64,000 nucleotides of DNA, from positions 104,656,001 to 104,720,000 of the forward strand of contig OZ038378.1 of the NCBI GenBank assembly GCA_964036045.1. The letters are read 5' to 3'. Numbering within the stretch: position 1 is the first letter of the stretch; each line of letters opens with the position of its first letter. Below are positions 45,701 to 56,735 of the stretch, piece by piece. The notes beneath the pieces are model-generated. The model ran no database searches. It worked only from the letters and a program-made list of their open reading frames with translations, and was not told where the DNA came from. Origin of the DNA: Eutreptiella sp. 'Long Island Sound 2002' (taxonomy: Eukaryota > Protista > Euglenida). Position numbers and translations under genes: made by a program.

Positions 45701-47820
45701 GTGGTGCCTTGCCCCATCTTCAGGGCTGTCGCCCCCGGCTTTACTGGGCGGCTGCGCGGGGCACGTGGAGGCCGGCCGAGAACCAGGCCCTTTGTGCCTA
45801 CCGCTGGCCCCTACCGAGGCAGGGGCGCTGGGCTCGCTCCGTGTCGTACTCGGTCAGGGTTCTGTGATGGGGTTGTCCCCGGCGGTTCCCTCCGGCTTCC
45901 CTGTTGGGCTGCGTGCCCTGCGGTTGTTGGTCGTGTGTGGACCCGGTCACTGACGCGTCCGGTTTCCCCTACCGTCTGTCTTTCGACAGGGGACTCGGCC
46001 TGTGGAGCGGAGCTGTTTAGTTTAGACGCCGACGCATCCCCCTACGGGTCGGAGGACGCCACGCCTGCGCGCTCTCCTTGGCTGGGTCGGGCAGGCCCGC
46101 CCCTGGGCGCGTTTTGGTGCGCCTCACCTTTCCTTCTTCTTCGTCCGGCCATCTCCGGGCTGCGGTTGCCCCTTTCCCGTCCTTTTGTCAGCCTTCCTGT
46201 TGTTTCCCCTCCTTCTTTCTTTTCTCATCTCGTGCCTCGGCTGTCTCTGGCTTTTTGTGCAACCCGGCCCTAGGTGGCGCGGGCCCTGGCGCTCTTCGTT
46301 TGCTCCGCCCCCCCCCCACACCCCCCCTTTTTTTTCCCTTCTTTTTTTCTGGCGCCACCTAGTCTCGTGTTTTCCACTGTGTCCGGCCCTGGGTGCCCTG
46401 GGCCTTTGCGCTTTGTGGCTGCCAGCCCCTCATCCTTCTCCCTCTCTCTTTGTTTCTTTTGATGGTTTTATTTGTCGTGGTTTCGCTTTTTCCTCTTTCC
46501 CGCCGCTCTTGGCTTCTGCCCCGCCTGCCTCGGTTTCCTTCTCCTGATCCGTGTGCGGCCTTGCGAGTAATGCGTGCGCTGTGTGCTGGGGTCGTTCCTC
46601 TCCCCTCCCCTCCGGTGGCTGCTCGTGTCCTGCTGTGTCTCGTGTCTTGCTGTGTGGTGCTGCGGTCTGTTCTGGGATGGTTGGTGTGGTTTGTGTTTGT
46701 TTTTTGATGCCATGTCGTGCTGGTGTTGTGCTTTGTGGTGTGTTGTCATGCTGTGTTTTTGGTTTCCTCGCTGGAGGTCTCCCCTGAGCGTTGTCTCCCC
46801 CCGTTATGTTGGTGCCGTGCGGTACCCTGTTGTGCGGTGGTTTTTGTGCGTGCTTTGTCGTTTGTGGTGCCGTCGTGTGTTGTTGTGTGGTGTGTTGTGC
46901 TGTCTGCTGACCTGGTGCCCGGTCAGTCCGGTCGTCGGCCCTGCTGCGCGGTTTTTCTGTTCTGCCCCCCCCGGTTGCCTGGTCCCCTATCTGATCTGTC
47001 TCGGGGTGCTGCTGCGTTGTTCCTTTGTGCCACGTGCAGTGTTGTGTGCTGCTGTTTGCGTTTTTTCTTGCTGGTGCTGTCCTCTTGCTTCCTTTCCGCT
47101 GGCTGGTGCCGTGTGTTGTTGCGTGTGGGTGCTGGGTGTTCGTTGCTTGGTATGGTTGCCCACTGTTGTTTTCCTTCTGGCGTGCTTTGTCGCGGGTGCT
47201 CCTGCCTGGCCGCGTGGCTTGCTGCCCTGCTGTGTGCTGTGGTTTCTTTGTGGCGTCCTGCTCCCCTGTGCTGTGCTCTGTGTTCTTTGGTGCTGTGTTG
47301 CCGTGTGGTGCCGTGCCGTGGTGCCCCTCTGTCCGTTTTGCTTCGCTGGTAGTGTTGGTTTGTGTTCTTTCCCTGTGTCTGCGGTGCTGTGTTGCGCTGT
47401 GCGCCGTGCTGTTTGGTGCCGGTTTGGTCTGTGCTGTTGTTGGTGCCTCGCGGTGTGGGGTGTCGCTGTGTGTCGTGCTCTTTCCCTTGGCGTTCTGTGG
47501 TGTGGTGGTGCTGCCCTGTTGCGTGGCGTGGTGTGCTGTGGGGTCGTTCTGTGTCGTGTCGTGTCCTGAGGTGCCGTGTTGCCTTGTGGTGCCGTGCTGC
47601 TGTGCTGTGCTGTTTGTTCTCTTTTGCTGTGGGTGGTCCTTTCTCCTTCTCCTGTTGTCTGGCGTGCTGGTGCGGTGTCCTGTTGTGTCCTGTGCTGGGT
47701 CCTGCGTTGCTGTGCTGCCTTGTGGTGCTGTGCTGGCTGGCTGTGCTGTGCGGCTGTCTGCAGTGCGGTTTTTCATTTTTCCTTTTGTCCTTCTCTCCTT
47801 TGCTAAAAACCCCTGCTGTT
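42765..47820 (-). mobile_element. Composite repeat; on the minus strand: pentamer-rich block, AG-rich block, module M, ~209-bp satellite, 3' module with a 7-mer tail
   Basis: The 3' module 42765-43500 is homologous to 52265+ and 56736+; the module order parallels 25081-29203. Confidence 0.55.
43600..45490. repeat. ~209-bp GC-rich satellite, about 9 copies
   Basis: Anchor accaacccca or a variant at 44046, 44255, 44464, 44673, 44881, 45089 and 45299. Confidence 0.92.
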
Positions 47821-48174
47821 TCCCCCTACCTTTGAAAACCTTCTGAGAACCAAAAATTAAGCTGTTTCTCACTAAAAAATTAGGCAATACGCAACTCACG
47901 CACCAAAGCTGGCAGCAATACTGGAATTACATTTCTGACCTACCTGTTGCCACGCGGCCTCGGAGATGGTGGTCTTGGTTGCAGGAGGTTGACCGCTTTT
48001 CCCTCAGGGCCGGTTGCCTAAGCTGACGAAAAGGGGTGAGGGGGGTCACGAGGGAGGGGAGGTAGGTGCATGGGGAAGGAAAGAAGAGGAAAGGAAGCAG
48101 GGCGAAGGGACGCGGCGTCTGAGAACCATTTTCTGAGTTTTACGCGCTGCTCTCGACGGGCTCTTCTACATACA

Positions 48175-48770
48175 CAACACAACACACCGAGCGCGCGCAC
48201 CAGTGAACAGGAGCCAAGTGGCCCAGGACACCACACACGCAACACGACCAACCACGCGAGCACACCGCTGAACAGGAGCCAAGTGGCCCAAGACACCGCA
48301 CAAGCAAAGCAACCCACCGAACGGGCGCACCGGTGCACAGGGGCCAAGTGGCCCTGGACACCGCAGAAGCAACGCAAAGCACCGAGCGGGCACACCGGTG
48401 AACAGGAGCCAAGTGGCCCAGGACACCACACACACAAAGCAGCACACCAAGCGGACACACCGGTGAACAGGAGCCAAGTGACCCAGGACACCCCACTCAT
48501 AACACAACACACCGAGCGGACGCACCGGTGAACAGGAGTCAAGTGGCCCATGACACCGCACACGCAACACGACAAACCACGCGAGCACACCGGTGAACAG
48601 GAGCCGAGTGGCCGAGGACACCGCACAAGCAAAGCAACGCACCGAACCAGCGAACCGGTGAACAGGAGCAAAGTGGCCCTGGACACCGCAGACGCAACGC
48701 AACGCATCGAGCGGGCACACCGGTGAACAGGAGCCAAGGGGCCCAGGACACCGCACACACGTAGGGCGGC
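48175..48770. repeat. 65-bp tandem repeat, about 9 copies
   Basis: GTGAACAGGAGCCAAGTGGCCCAGGACACC or a variant at 48203, 48268, 48333, 48398 and onward. Confidence 0.95.
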
Positions 48771-48779
48771 CGAGGGACA

Positions 48780-49343
48780 GGAAAGAACCAACGGCCCATG
48801 GGTCGGACACACTGGGGCGACTCAGCCGACCCACCGGGCCAGTGGCAGGAGCGGTACTCCAAGGCCACTGGTCCGAGCCCGGCCAGGCTGCATCGGGGAC
48901 CATGGCAAACGTCACCCAGAGCCATGGAAGCAACCGATGACAGGCGAGCCGGTACACAGTCCAGGAGGGGGTCGCCTGCCAAGCGGAGCGGCCCCGCAAC
49001 TCAAGCCACAAGGTTGAGGCGGTCGTACCGTAGACAACCGGGAGCAATACCCCTTGTGGTGAGAGATACTCCACACGGCCGGGCAGCCCCCAGAGCTGCC
49101 GCCCAAATGAGGGGGCATGTGGCCCTACCCATGGACACATGTGGGGACACCCTCCCACCCGGGACACATGGACCGGGTGGCCGCGACACTGCCTTCCCAA
49201 GCACCTGCGGAAGCGTCTTAGGAGGCACCTGACCTAGGGCAGTGAGAGGGACAGGACGTCCCCTTGGTAAGACCTTCTTCCTGCACTGTCAAAGGAGGCA
49301 TCCCGAGCTCCCGAAGATACCTACCTAACTACCCTACCTACCT
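48780..49343 (+). mobile_element. LINE/SINE-like 3' module ending in a degenerate (TACC)n tail
   Basis: TACCTACCTAACTACCCTACCTACC at ~49318-49343, directly downstream of the 65-bp array. Confidence 0.5.
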
Positions 49344-50035
49344 TTGCGTTATTGGCGTGTTAGACAGTGTGGGGGGTGACCTTCTGCTCGTATGAGAGTT
49401 ACGGTGCTTATGGCGTTGACTCTTCACATATTTAAGAGCATAAAAGATTAACGTGTTTCGCAGCGCGCTTTTTTGCCTGGCCATTTTTGATGCTAATCAG
49501 CTTTATTTTCAGCTATTTAGAAAGCTTTTCTTTTCGTGTTTTACTTATCTGTTCATTTCTATCTGGCAACATGGCGCAACGCGCGCAACTGAACCTCGTC
49601 GTGGTGGCCATGACTACATCGTAACGTACGGTATGGACCTTCTTTTCGAATGGGCGTCGGGGACACCACCCCCCGACGCCCACCAGAAAACAACCCCCAG
49701 GGGGGAGACTTGAGTAGGCTCGGGAAAGTTGCACGAGGCGGGGTCGCAAGCGTGGTCGGATGAGAGCGGGGAGGACAAGGAACACAAAGGCACAAAGACC
49801 ATTCAAAGGCGGAGAAGGCGAGGACCATGAGAACACAGGATCAACATCGAAAGTGCCTGCCGCTAGGCTCTGTTTTTGTGGGCGCAGCCGCACAAAATCG
49901 GAGCTTAGCGGGTGCTGCCTTATGCCTCTTGCCCACTATGGTTGCCCAATTGGCGAAAAAGGGTTTTGAGAAGGCCAGTAAGTCAGAAGTAGGTATGCCC
50001 CATCGGGCAACAATACGGCAAAGAACTGCCAAAAA

Positions 50036-52264
50036 TTGCACCAAATTGGCCACACATCATCAGAACGGCACCGAATGTGGTCCTTGAGATTGATATTCGA
50101 ATGTATTGGCCCAGATTCCCTCGCAAATGCGGAAGACATGAAAGAGATCACGAGAAAGATCAACGAGTGTGTTTCATCGAACGTGGCGGAGGAGTATATC
50201 AAGGCGCACTATCCGAAGCACTGCTTGCCCTGTTTCCTCATTGATAAACACGGAGGTTCTGGGAGGTTGTTGGTCGTTCATTATGGTGAGCTAGACAGAC
50301 TGACCAAGAGGCACTCCAAGAACCCGTCCCAGCCTCAAAAGGGTACTCGACAGACCTTTACCATGTCGGTACAAGAGCAAGCTGGACAGGCGAAGCATGC
50401 ACTGGAACGTTTAGCAGCCGCAGAGAGCCGAGGACGTGTCGGCGCTTTTTGCTCTGAACGGCAAATGGAGGGTAATGACCTTTGGCCTTTCAAATGGCCC
50501 TACCACGTTCCAGAAGCTCATTAGCCAGGTTCCGCAACGCATGAAGCAAGACCAAACAGTGCAAGACCTGCTGAAGCATGGAGCCGTCATCGAGTTTGAC
50601 ATTGACGAGGTTCCTCGCTGCAGACACAGTTGAGGATCACTGGAAGCTCATGGAGCAATTCCTGCACTCTTGCGATGAGTGTTCTACGAAGGTCAAACTC
50701 AGCAACTGCATGTTCATGAAGAGTCCCTGGAGTATGTAGCCTTTGAAGTCGGTCGGCCAAGGTGGAGACCCGTTGAGCACAGGGTTGCACAGACACTACA
50801 AGCTACAATCGGGGATGACAAGCCATGAGGCGTAAAGGATATCTGCTCTTTCCTTGGTGGCTGCAACTTTTACAGCAGGCACGTACCTAATTTCACAAAC
50901 TATGGCCACTTGCTCACAGACCTGACCAAAGAATACAAGAAGTAGCACTTGAGACAGGACGAGGTGAAGCAGCTTCAGGAGGAGAAGGAGAAGTCGGGGA
51001 ATATTGGCATGCTCGGGACCGCTAACTCCGAAAGACAGTTCCTTGTTATCACTGACGCTTCACTATTTGGCCGTGGTCGTACCCCTTTTCAATTGCAGAA
51101 GCTCCCTGCGGTGATGACCTGTACTCCTGCTGATGAACTGCAGATGACAAAAAAAATCGACTGTGACGGCACTCTCAAACACAACTATGACCAAAGTTGC
51201 TGGCGGCTGGTACCCACTGGACATTGGAACTGGAAGTGGAACTCAACGTGTGCTAATTACAATACGTACGAGAGAGAGCTGCTCTCTGGCATACTCCTTT
51301 TGTCAGGACAAGGGCGCCTACTCGGAACCTATCCGCTGGTCTGGTTTTGGGATTTCCTGAAGGGGGACATGGCAGAGAATCGGAAGTTGAGGCGTTGGTG
51401 GACTTATTTGGCACAGTTGCGCTGGAACATCTACATCGTCCCTGAACTTGAAAAGGTGGTCTGCAACTGGCTTTCAAGGGTTATCTTCGATGACAAGATC
51501 TCAGCAGGTTCTGAGCAATTAGCCTGACAAACGTTTTGCAAAAATGGGCCTACACCTGGATTCAGGGATGTGGAACGTGGCTCTGGTGGACTCAATACGT
51601 TGCAAGCACTATGAGGAAGAGTACCGGACGGTCATGAAGGCTTCTTTTGAAGGGGCTATGTGGTCTATCTCTACGTGTGAATTACCGAGGAAGGAGTGAC
51701 AGACATGTCTCCTGAAAGGTGCAGTGCGTGGTGCTTCACAATGGATACATGACGGCAATGGGTACCCGTCACCAGAGCAATGGCTGAGCCAGTTTGCGGA
51801 AGACCACAGAGGTTCCTGAGAACAGTTTGAAGAAAATCATTGAGGAGTTGTACGACACATGTCAAAGTGTTTAAGGAGCCAGAGCAACAGCCCTGGCGAC
51901 CAATTGACGTACGAGCGCTGCCCATTCCACACATGGTGAATACGTTGGTCTATGTGGACTTTCTTGACCAACCCCGCTGCAAGACCTACAACTATGCCTT
52001 GGGATTGTGTATGCTCTGAGTTTGTTTCATCAGACTGTGCCGTGCAGGTAAGCCATTGATTGAGAGGGCGTTCTGAAGGCCATACTGAGGCACTGGATAC
52101 GCTTGTTCCAACCGATGGTGAACATCAACTCCGACCGAGACATCAGGCTCACGGGAGAGCAAGGCTGGTACCTGAAAGCGTTCGGAGCGATGGGTGTTGA
52201 AGTGAGCTTTGGCCAGTCGTACCCACCTCAAAGCAACACACTCCCCGAGCGCATGAACGATGAG
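50036..52264 (+). pseudogene. Degenerate Ty3/gypsy pol: RT, RNase H and integrase core, interrupted at ERMNDE
   Basis: WRVMTFGLSNGPTTFQ and VIEFDIDEV (decayed YxDD); ITDASLFG...NYNTYERELLSGILLL...RWWTYL (RNase H); INSDRDIRLTG...YPPQSNTLPERMN (integrase). The order RT-RH-INT is Ty3/gypsy. Confidence 0.9.
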
Positions 52265-55200
52265 GTTTGCGGTCGTAGTCTTCAGGTTTAGGGTACTAGA
52301 CGCCTTTCCATCCCGGGGGGCCACTTGGTCAGGCCAGGTGATATCCTCCCAATCGGGACCTAGTGGGATGCCCTTCATGACACACCTCCTGCCTGGTGGC
52401 GGAGTCCCTCGGGTTGACAGGGCTCGGGTCCCTTTCCCTCCCCACGTTCACCCTTTCGCAACTCCCTGGTCAGTGTGTTGCTGAGTGAGTAGGTTGCAGG
52501 CGCTTACCCACTACATCCCCCCTGATGCATGGTTGCCTGAGGTGCCGGTGCTGCTGGGCCCGTGCTACTGGCTTGTGGCCACCGGGATCCGCATGAGCTG
52601 GCGCAGAGGCTGCCTAGCCGCGAGGCTGGTAATTGATGTGTTGCACCACTACTGCCTTGGCGGGTGCAGTGCCCTGTTAGTTTGTGGACGGCTTTCCGGG
52701 AGGTCAGGGGGAATGGTGCTGGTGCCAGCTCTTGTTTTTGTCCCCCCCCCCTATCGCGCGCCCCGCGGTGCGTATAGCGGGTTGCCCCTTCTAGGTGTCC
52801 CTACCCCTCGCCTGCCGGTACGCCATCCGAGATGGTCTGCGTGTTCCGCGAGCTCGGTCCAGTTGCTCCTCGGGTGTGCGCCGCATGTCCGTTGTGTAGC
52901 TGTGCACTCACGCTCCTGCAACGTCCGCATCACCCTCCTCCCTCTGCCTTTTGGCGCCCGCATTTTGGGAGGTCCCTTTGCAGGGCGCTGGCAGAGCCGC
53001 TCCAGTTGGTCCGTGCCCCTCCGCGTTTCCTATCCGGGTCCCCGGCTCTGCCTGTACGTTTTGGGGGGGGGGGGGCTCCGTCCGTGTGTCTCAATGCCTG
53101 GCTTTCGGTCGCGTGCCTTCATGGGAGAGGGTCTGTGTTGCCGGAGCAGCCATTTGTCCGGTGGGGCTGGGCAGGGGTGGGGAGAACGGGTCTTTTGCTC
53201 GGGGTTGGCCTGCTGGTTCTCGCCCAGCGGGGGGAGTGATCGACCAGGCCGCTCTGCTGCGCCTCCGGGTGTGTGGCAGCTTCCTGCTGCCGCCCAGGCG
53301 GGACGTGGAGTGTTGCTGCGGGGCCTGGGAGGTCACGGTGACGCCCGAGCATCCTGCGTCAAGCTGCTTTGCGCAGCCCGCGGGGGGGTGTCTCAGCCGT
53401 CGGTCTGCGCACCCTGCCGAGCACAAAGGCAATTTCTCACTGCGTCATTCTGGCCATGGAGAGGACTGCCTCCATACTGCTCTGGTTAGAATCTCTGTGC
53501 TCCTTGGCGCCCCCTAAGCAGGGCGTCCCTTGGCATGTATATTGTCTTTGCTCACCCAGCCACTGGTTGGTTGGCCTGTGCAGCTGCCTAGAGGTGGCCA
53601 CTGGGCCCTGGGGGCTTTCCTCTCTCTGGCTTGCTGTCCCCCCATAGAAGGTGTGGCAAACGTCACTTGCCCGCAGCCATCTGTGGGACCTCCGGGCGTT
53701 CAGCCCGTGTGCATCCAGCAGGCCTCCAGGACGGCGGGGCCCCGGAACCATCGCTGGCCTGCATGCGCGCGCGGTGCGGCATGCAGAGGTCATGGGGCGC
53801 GGGGTCGAGTGGCGGTTAGTGTGGGTATTGTACATGGATTAGTCTTGCCGGGTACCCGGCGGTGGGAGACGGTGTGCCCCTGTCATGGCCATCAAGTTGG
53901 CTAGGGGGCAGGGTCCGGGTTCAGGGGTCAGCGGGTCAGCTATAGTCCGGGGTCCTCTGCTCCTGTCAGCAGACTTGTGGTGGGGGCTGGCCCGGCGCCA
54001 GGTCGGTACGCCATGCGGCTCTGCAGGCCAGCCCTGCCCGCTGGGATCACCCCCCTGCCCGCCTGTTGGGCCCCCACCGGCAGGGGGCCCCATATCCCCG
54101 CCCTCCGACTCCTCGGACCGCTGCCCTGTGCCCCGTTGGGACGCCCGCGGCCACAGACGCGTGCTCCACCTGAAGGCAGAGCGCTTGGGCATCCTGGTGC
54201 AGGACTGCCCCTGGGGAGGGCGGAAAGCCGCTCAGGGCAGGGTGGACCAGGACGTTGTTGGCGGCGTCCACCATCCCGCCTGTTGCGGACGCAGAGGGCT
54301 GGCGGGCTGGCGATGCCGAGGCGGTGCTGCGTGCATGCGCCGTGTTGTGTTGCAATGGCGCGCCATGAGGTGTGGGTTCCCTGGCCCACTCCAAAGGGGG
54401 GCAGTAACCCCCCCTGGCTTGCAGGGGGGCGGTCTCGAGACGTGCCGTGATGGAGTTGGAGTCACCAGCTTGCGTTCTCCTTTTCGCCCGCCTGAGTGGC
54501 GTGGCGTGTCGAGTGCCTCCGTGTGTCCTCTTGTAGGGGGGTCAAGGGAGCAGTGATCTACCCGCGCTGGGCCGTTCTGTCGCGACAAGGGCCACTGGCA
54601 GCGACGCAGGCTACTGCCTCTGGTCCAGGCCAGGGGCGGCAGTAGTTGGTCACGGGGGGGTCAGAGGGCGGTGGCCCGGGCTACCACCCCTTCGTTTCTG
54701 GGGCCGTCGGCGAGTGACGTCCCTGCGGGCCGGGATTAGGGAGACGAGGGAGTTAGAAGGGTAGGAGGACCCCTCTTCTGCCCATGCTGGGGCGTCGCAT
54801 GTCCACGGTGCGTGACTTGCCACATAGCGTTGGGTGCCGCATTCGCTGCAAGTGCGCCGCTGGTTGTGGCGTCATGGCCGCATTGTCCATCCAGCAGGCC
54901 CCCCGGACTGGCAGGCGGGGGGTGTCTCGCGATGCGCCCCGTTGTGGTACGGTGGTGCAGAGGTTTGCCGGTCCACGGAGAGGGTGGGAACCGGTATTCC
55001 TGATGGTAAGAACCAAGTTATGGCGGGGCTATTGCGCGTGCCCTGCCGCCGTGGGGGCCCCTGGCAACAGCCTTCGTTCCCCTGACCGCCCAGCGTCGAA
55101 ACACAGGGGATGGGCCCGCCGTGTAAAGGGGGTGTGCTGTGTTCCTCGCCATGGCGTGCGGGCCCAGGCGCCAGTCCCCTCCTGCTAGGGGGGATCGCAC

Positions 55201-55749
55201 AGGTCGGTCTTTCGCAGAGAAGGCCATCCATGGCCCGCAGCGGTGGGTACTGGTCAAACGGGCGGTCAGAGGGGACGGAGGGGTAGGAGGCACGAGGGTT
55301 AGGGGGGTTCGTTTCTGGTGTTGCTTGGGCGTGGGGCACCGCCAGCAGGTGGTACACCAACTGCGCACTGTCGTTGCGCCCGCCTGGGAGGCTGTGACAG
55401 TCCCCTCCCCGCGGTCCGCGGAGCGGCAGATTCCGCTCTCCATTGTCGGCCTGGCCGTGTTCCTGCGAGTCGTTGGTGTGTCGGCCCCTCCCCGCCCTCC
55501 CGCCCCCTGATGTGTGAGCGATGGGGAGGACGGCAGGTGCTGGGTCTCGGCGTGTCACGGTATGCTGGGGGAGGGTCAGCATCCTGTACTGGTGCGATGG
55601 GGGTTCGTGCTAGCCAGGGCGGCGGTACAACCCCTGGCCCTCTGTCTCCGCTGTCGGAGGTCACAGGCACAGGTTAGAAAACTTCGGCCGGATGCCAGGT
55701 GTGCTGGGCAGTGCGCAGCAGCTGTGGCCCTCTTGTACTCTGCTCTGCG
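52265..55749 (-). mobile_element. GC-rich insertion into the integrase with a 7-mer-tailed 3' module; paralog 56736-59832, whose unique continuation reaches ~60547
   Basis: Begins precisely after gatgag of the integrase in both copies; homologous to 42765-43500; no RT motif found. Confidence 0.6.
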
Positions 55750-56735
55750 GGGCGCCTACTCGGAACCAAACCGCTGGTCTGGTTTGGGGATCAGGAGTCT
55801 ACCGAATATTTCCTGAATGGGGACCTGGCAGAGAATCGGAAGGTGAGGCGTTAATGGACTTACTTGGCACAGCCGCGCTGGAACATCTACAGGGTCCCTG
55901 AACTTATAAACGAGGTCTGCAACTGTCTTTCAAGAGAGATTTTCGATTACAAGATCTCAGCAAGTTCTGAGCAATGATCCCGAGAAGCGTTTGCAAATAA
56001 AGACGTACACTTGGACTTAGGGATGTCGGACGTGGCTCTGGTGGACTCAATACGTTGCAAGTACTATGAGGAAGAATACCAGACGGTGATGAGAGCTCTG
56101 GCGGACTGGGCTATTTGTGAATCAACTATCTGGTCTATCTCTACATGTTGATTACTGAGGAAGGCGTGACAGACATGTCTCCTGGAAGGTGCAGTGCGTG
56201 GTGCTTCACAATGGATACATGAGGGCAATGGGCACCGGGCACCGCAGCAATGACTGAGCAGCTTCAGGAAGACCACATAAGTTCCTGAGAAGATTTTGAA
56301 GAAAATGATTGAGGAGTTGTACGACACATGTCAGGAGTCTTTAACGAGCCAGAGCAACACCCCAGGCGACCAATTGACATACGAGCGCTGCCTATTCCAC
56401 ACATGGTGAATATGTTGGTCTTTGTGGACTTTATGGACCAACCCTGCTGCGAGACCTACAACTGTGCCTTGATGATTGTGTATGCTGTGAGTTTGTTTCA
56501 TCAGGTTGTGCCGTGCAGGTAAGCCAATGATTGCCAGGGCGTTCTGAAGGCCATAGTGAGGCACCGGATACACTTGTTCCAACCGATTGTGAACATCCGC
56601 TCAGACCAAGACATCAGGCTCACGGGAGAGCCAGGCTGGTACCTGAACGCGTTCAGAGCAATGGGTGTTGAAGTGAGCTTTGGCTAATCGTACCAACCTC
56701 AAAGCAACACACTCCGCGAGCACATGAACGATGAG
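55750..56735 (+). pseudogene. Duplicated Ty3/gypsy RNase H-to-integrase fragment
   Basis: Collinear with 51312-52264, with the same insertion junction. Confidence 0.88.

Noticed and set aside
48126-48145. ATTTTCTGAGTTTTA as a euglenid spliced-leader sequence
   Set aside because: It is only a short partial resemblance, with no downstream splice donor or SL RNA structure.
48175-48770. 65-bp repeats (and the ~60-bp arrays) as a CRISPR array
   Set aside because: The inter-core segments are related to each other rather than unique spacers, there are no cas genes, and the context is eukaryotic.
49565-49590. ...aaCA-TGGCGCAACG as an LTR end plus PBS for the downstream Ty3
   Set aside because: No partner LTR was found, no tRNA match could be established, and the following sequence is a dispersed repeat rather than a clear gag.
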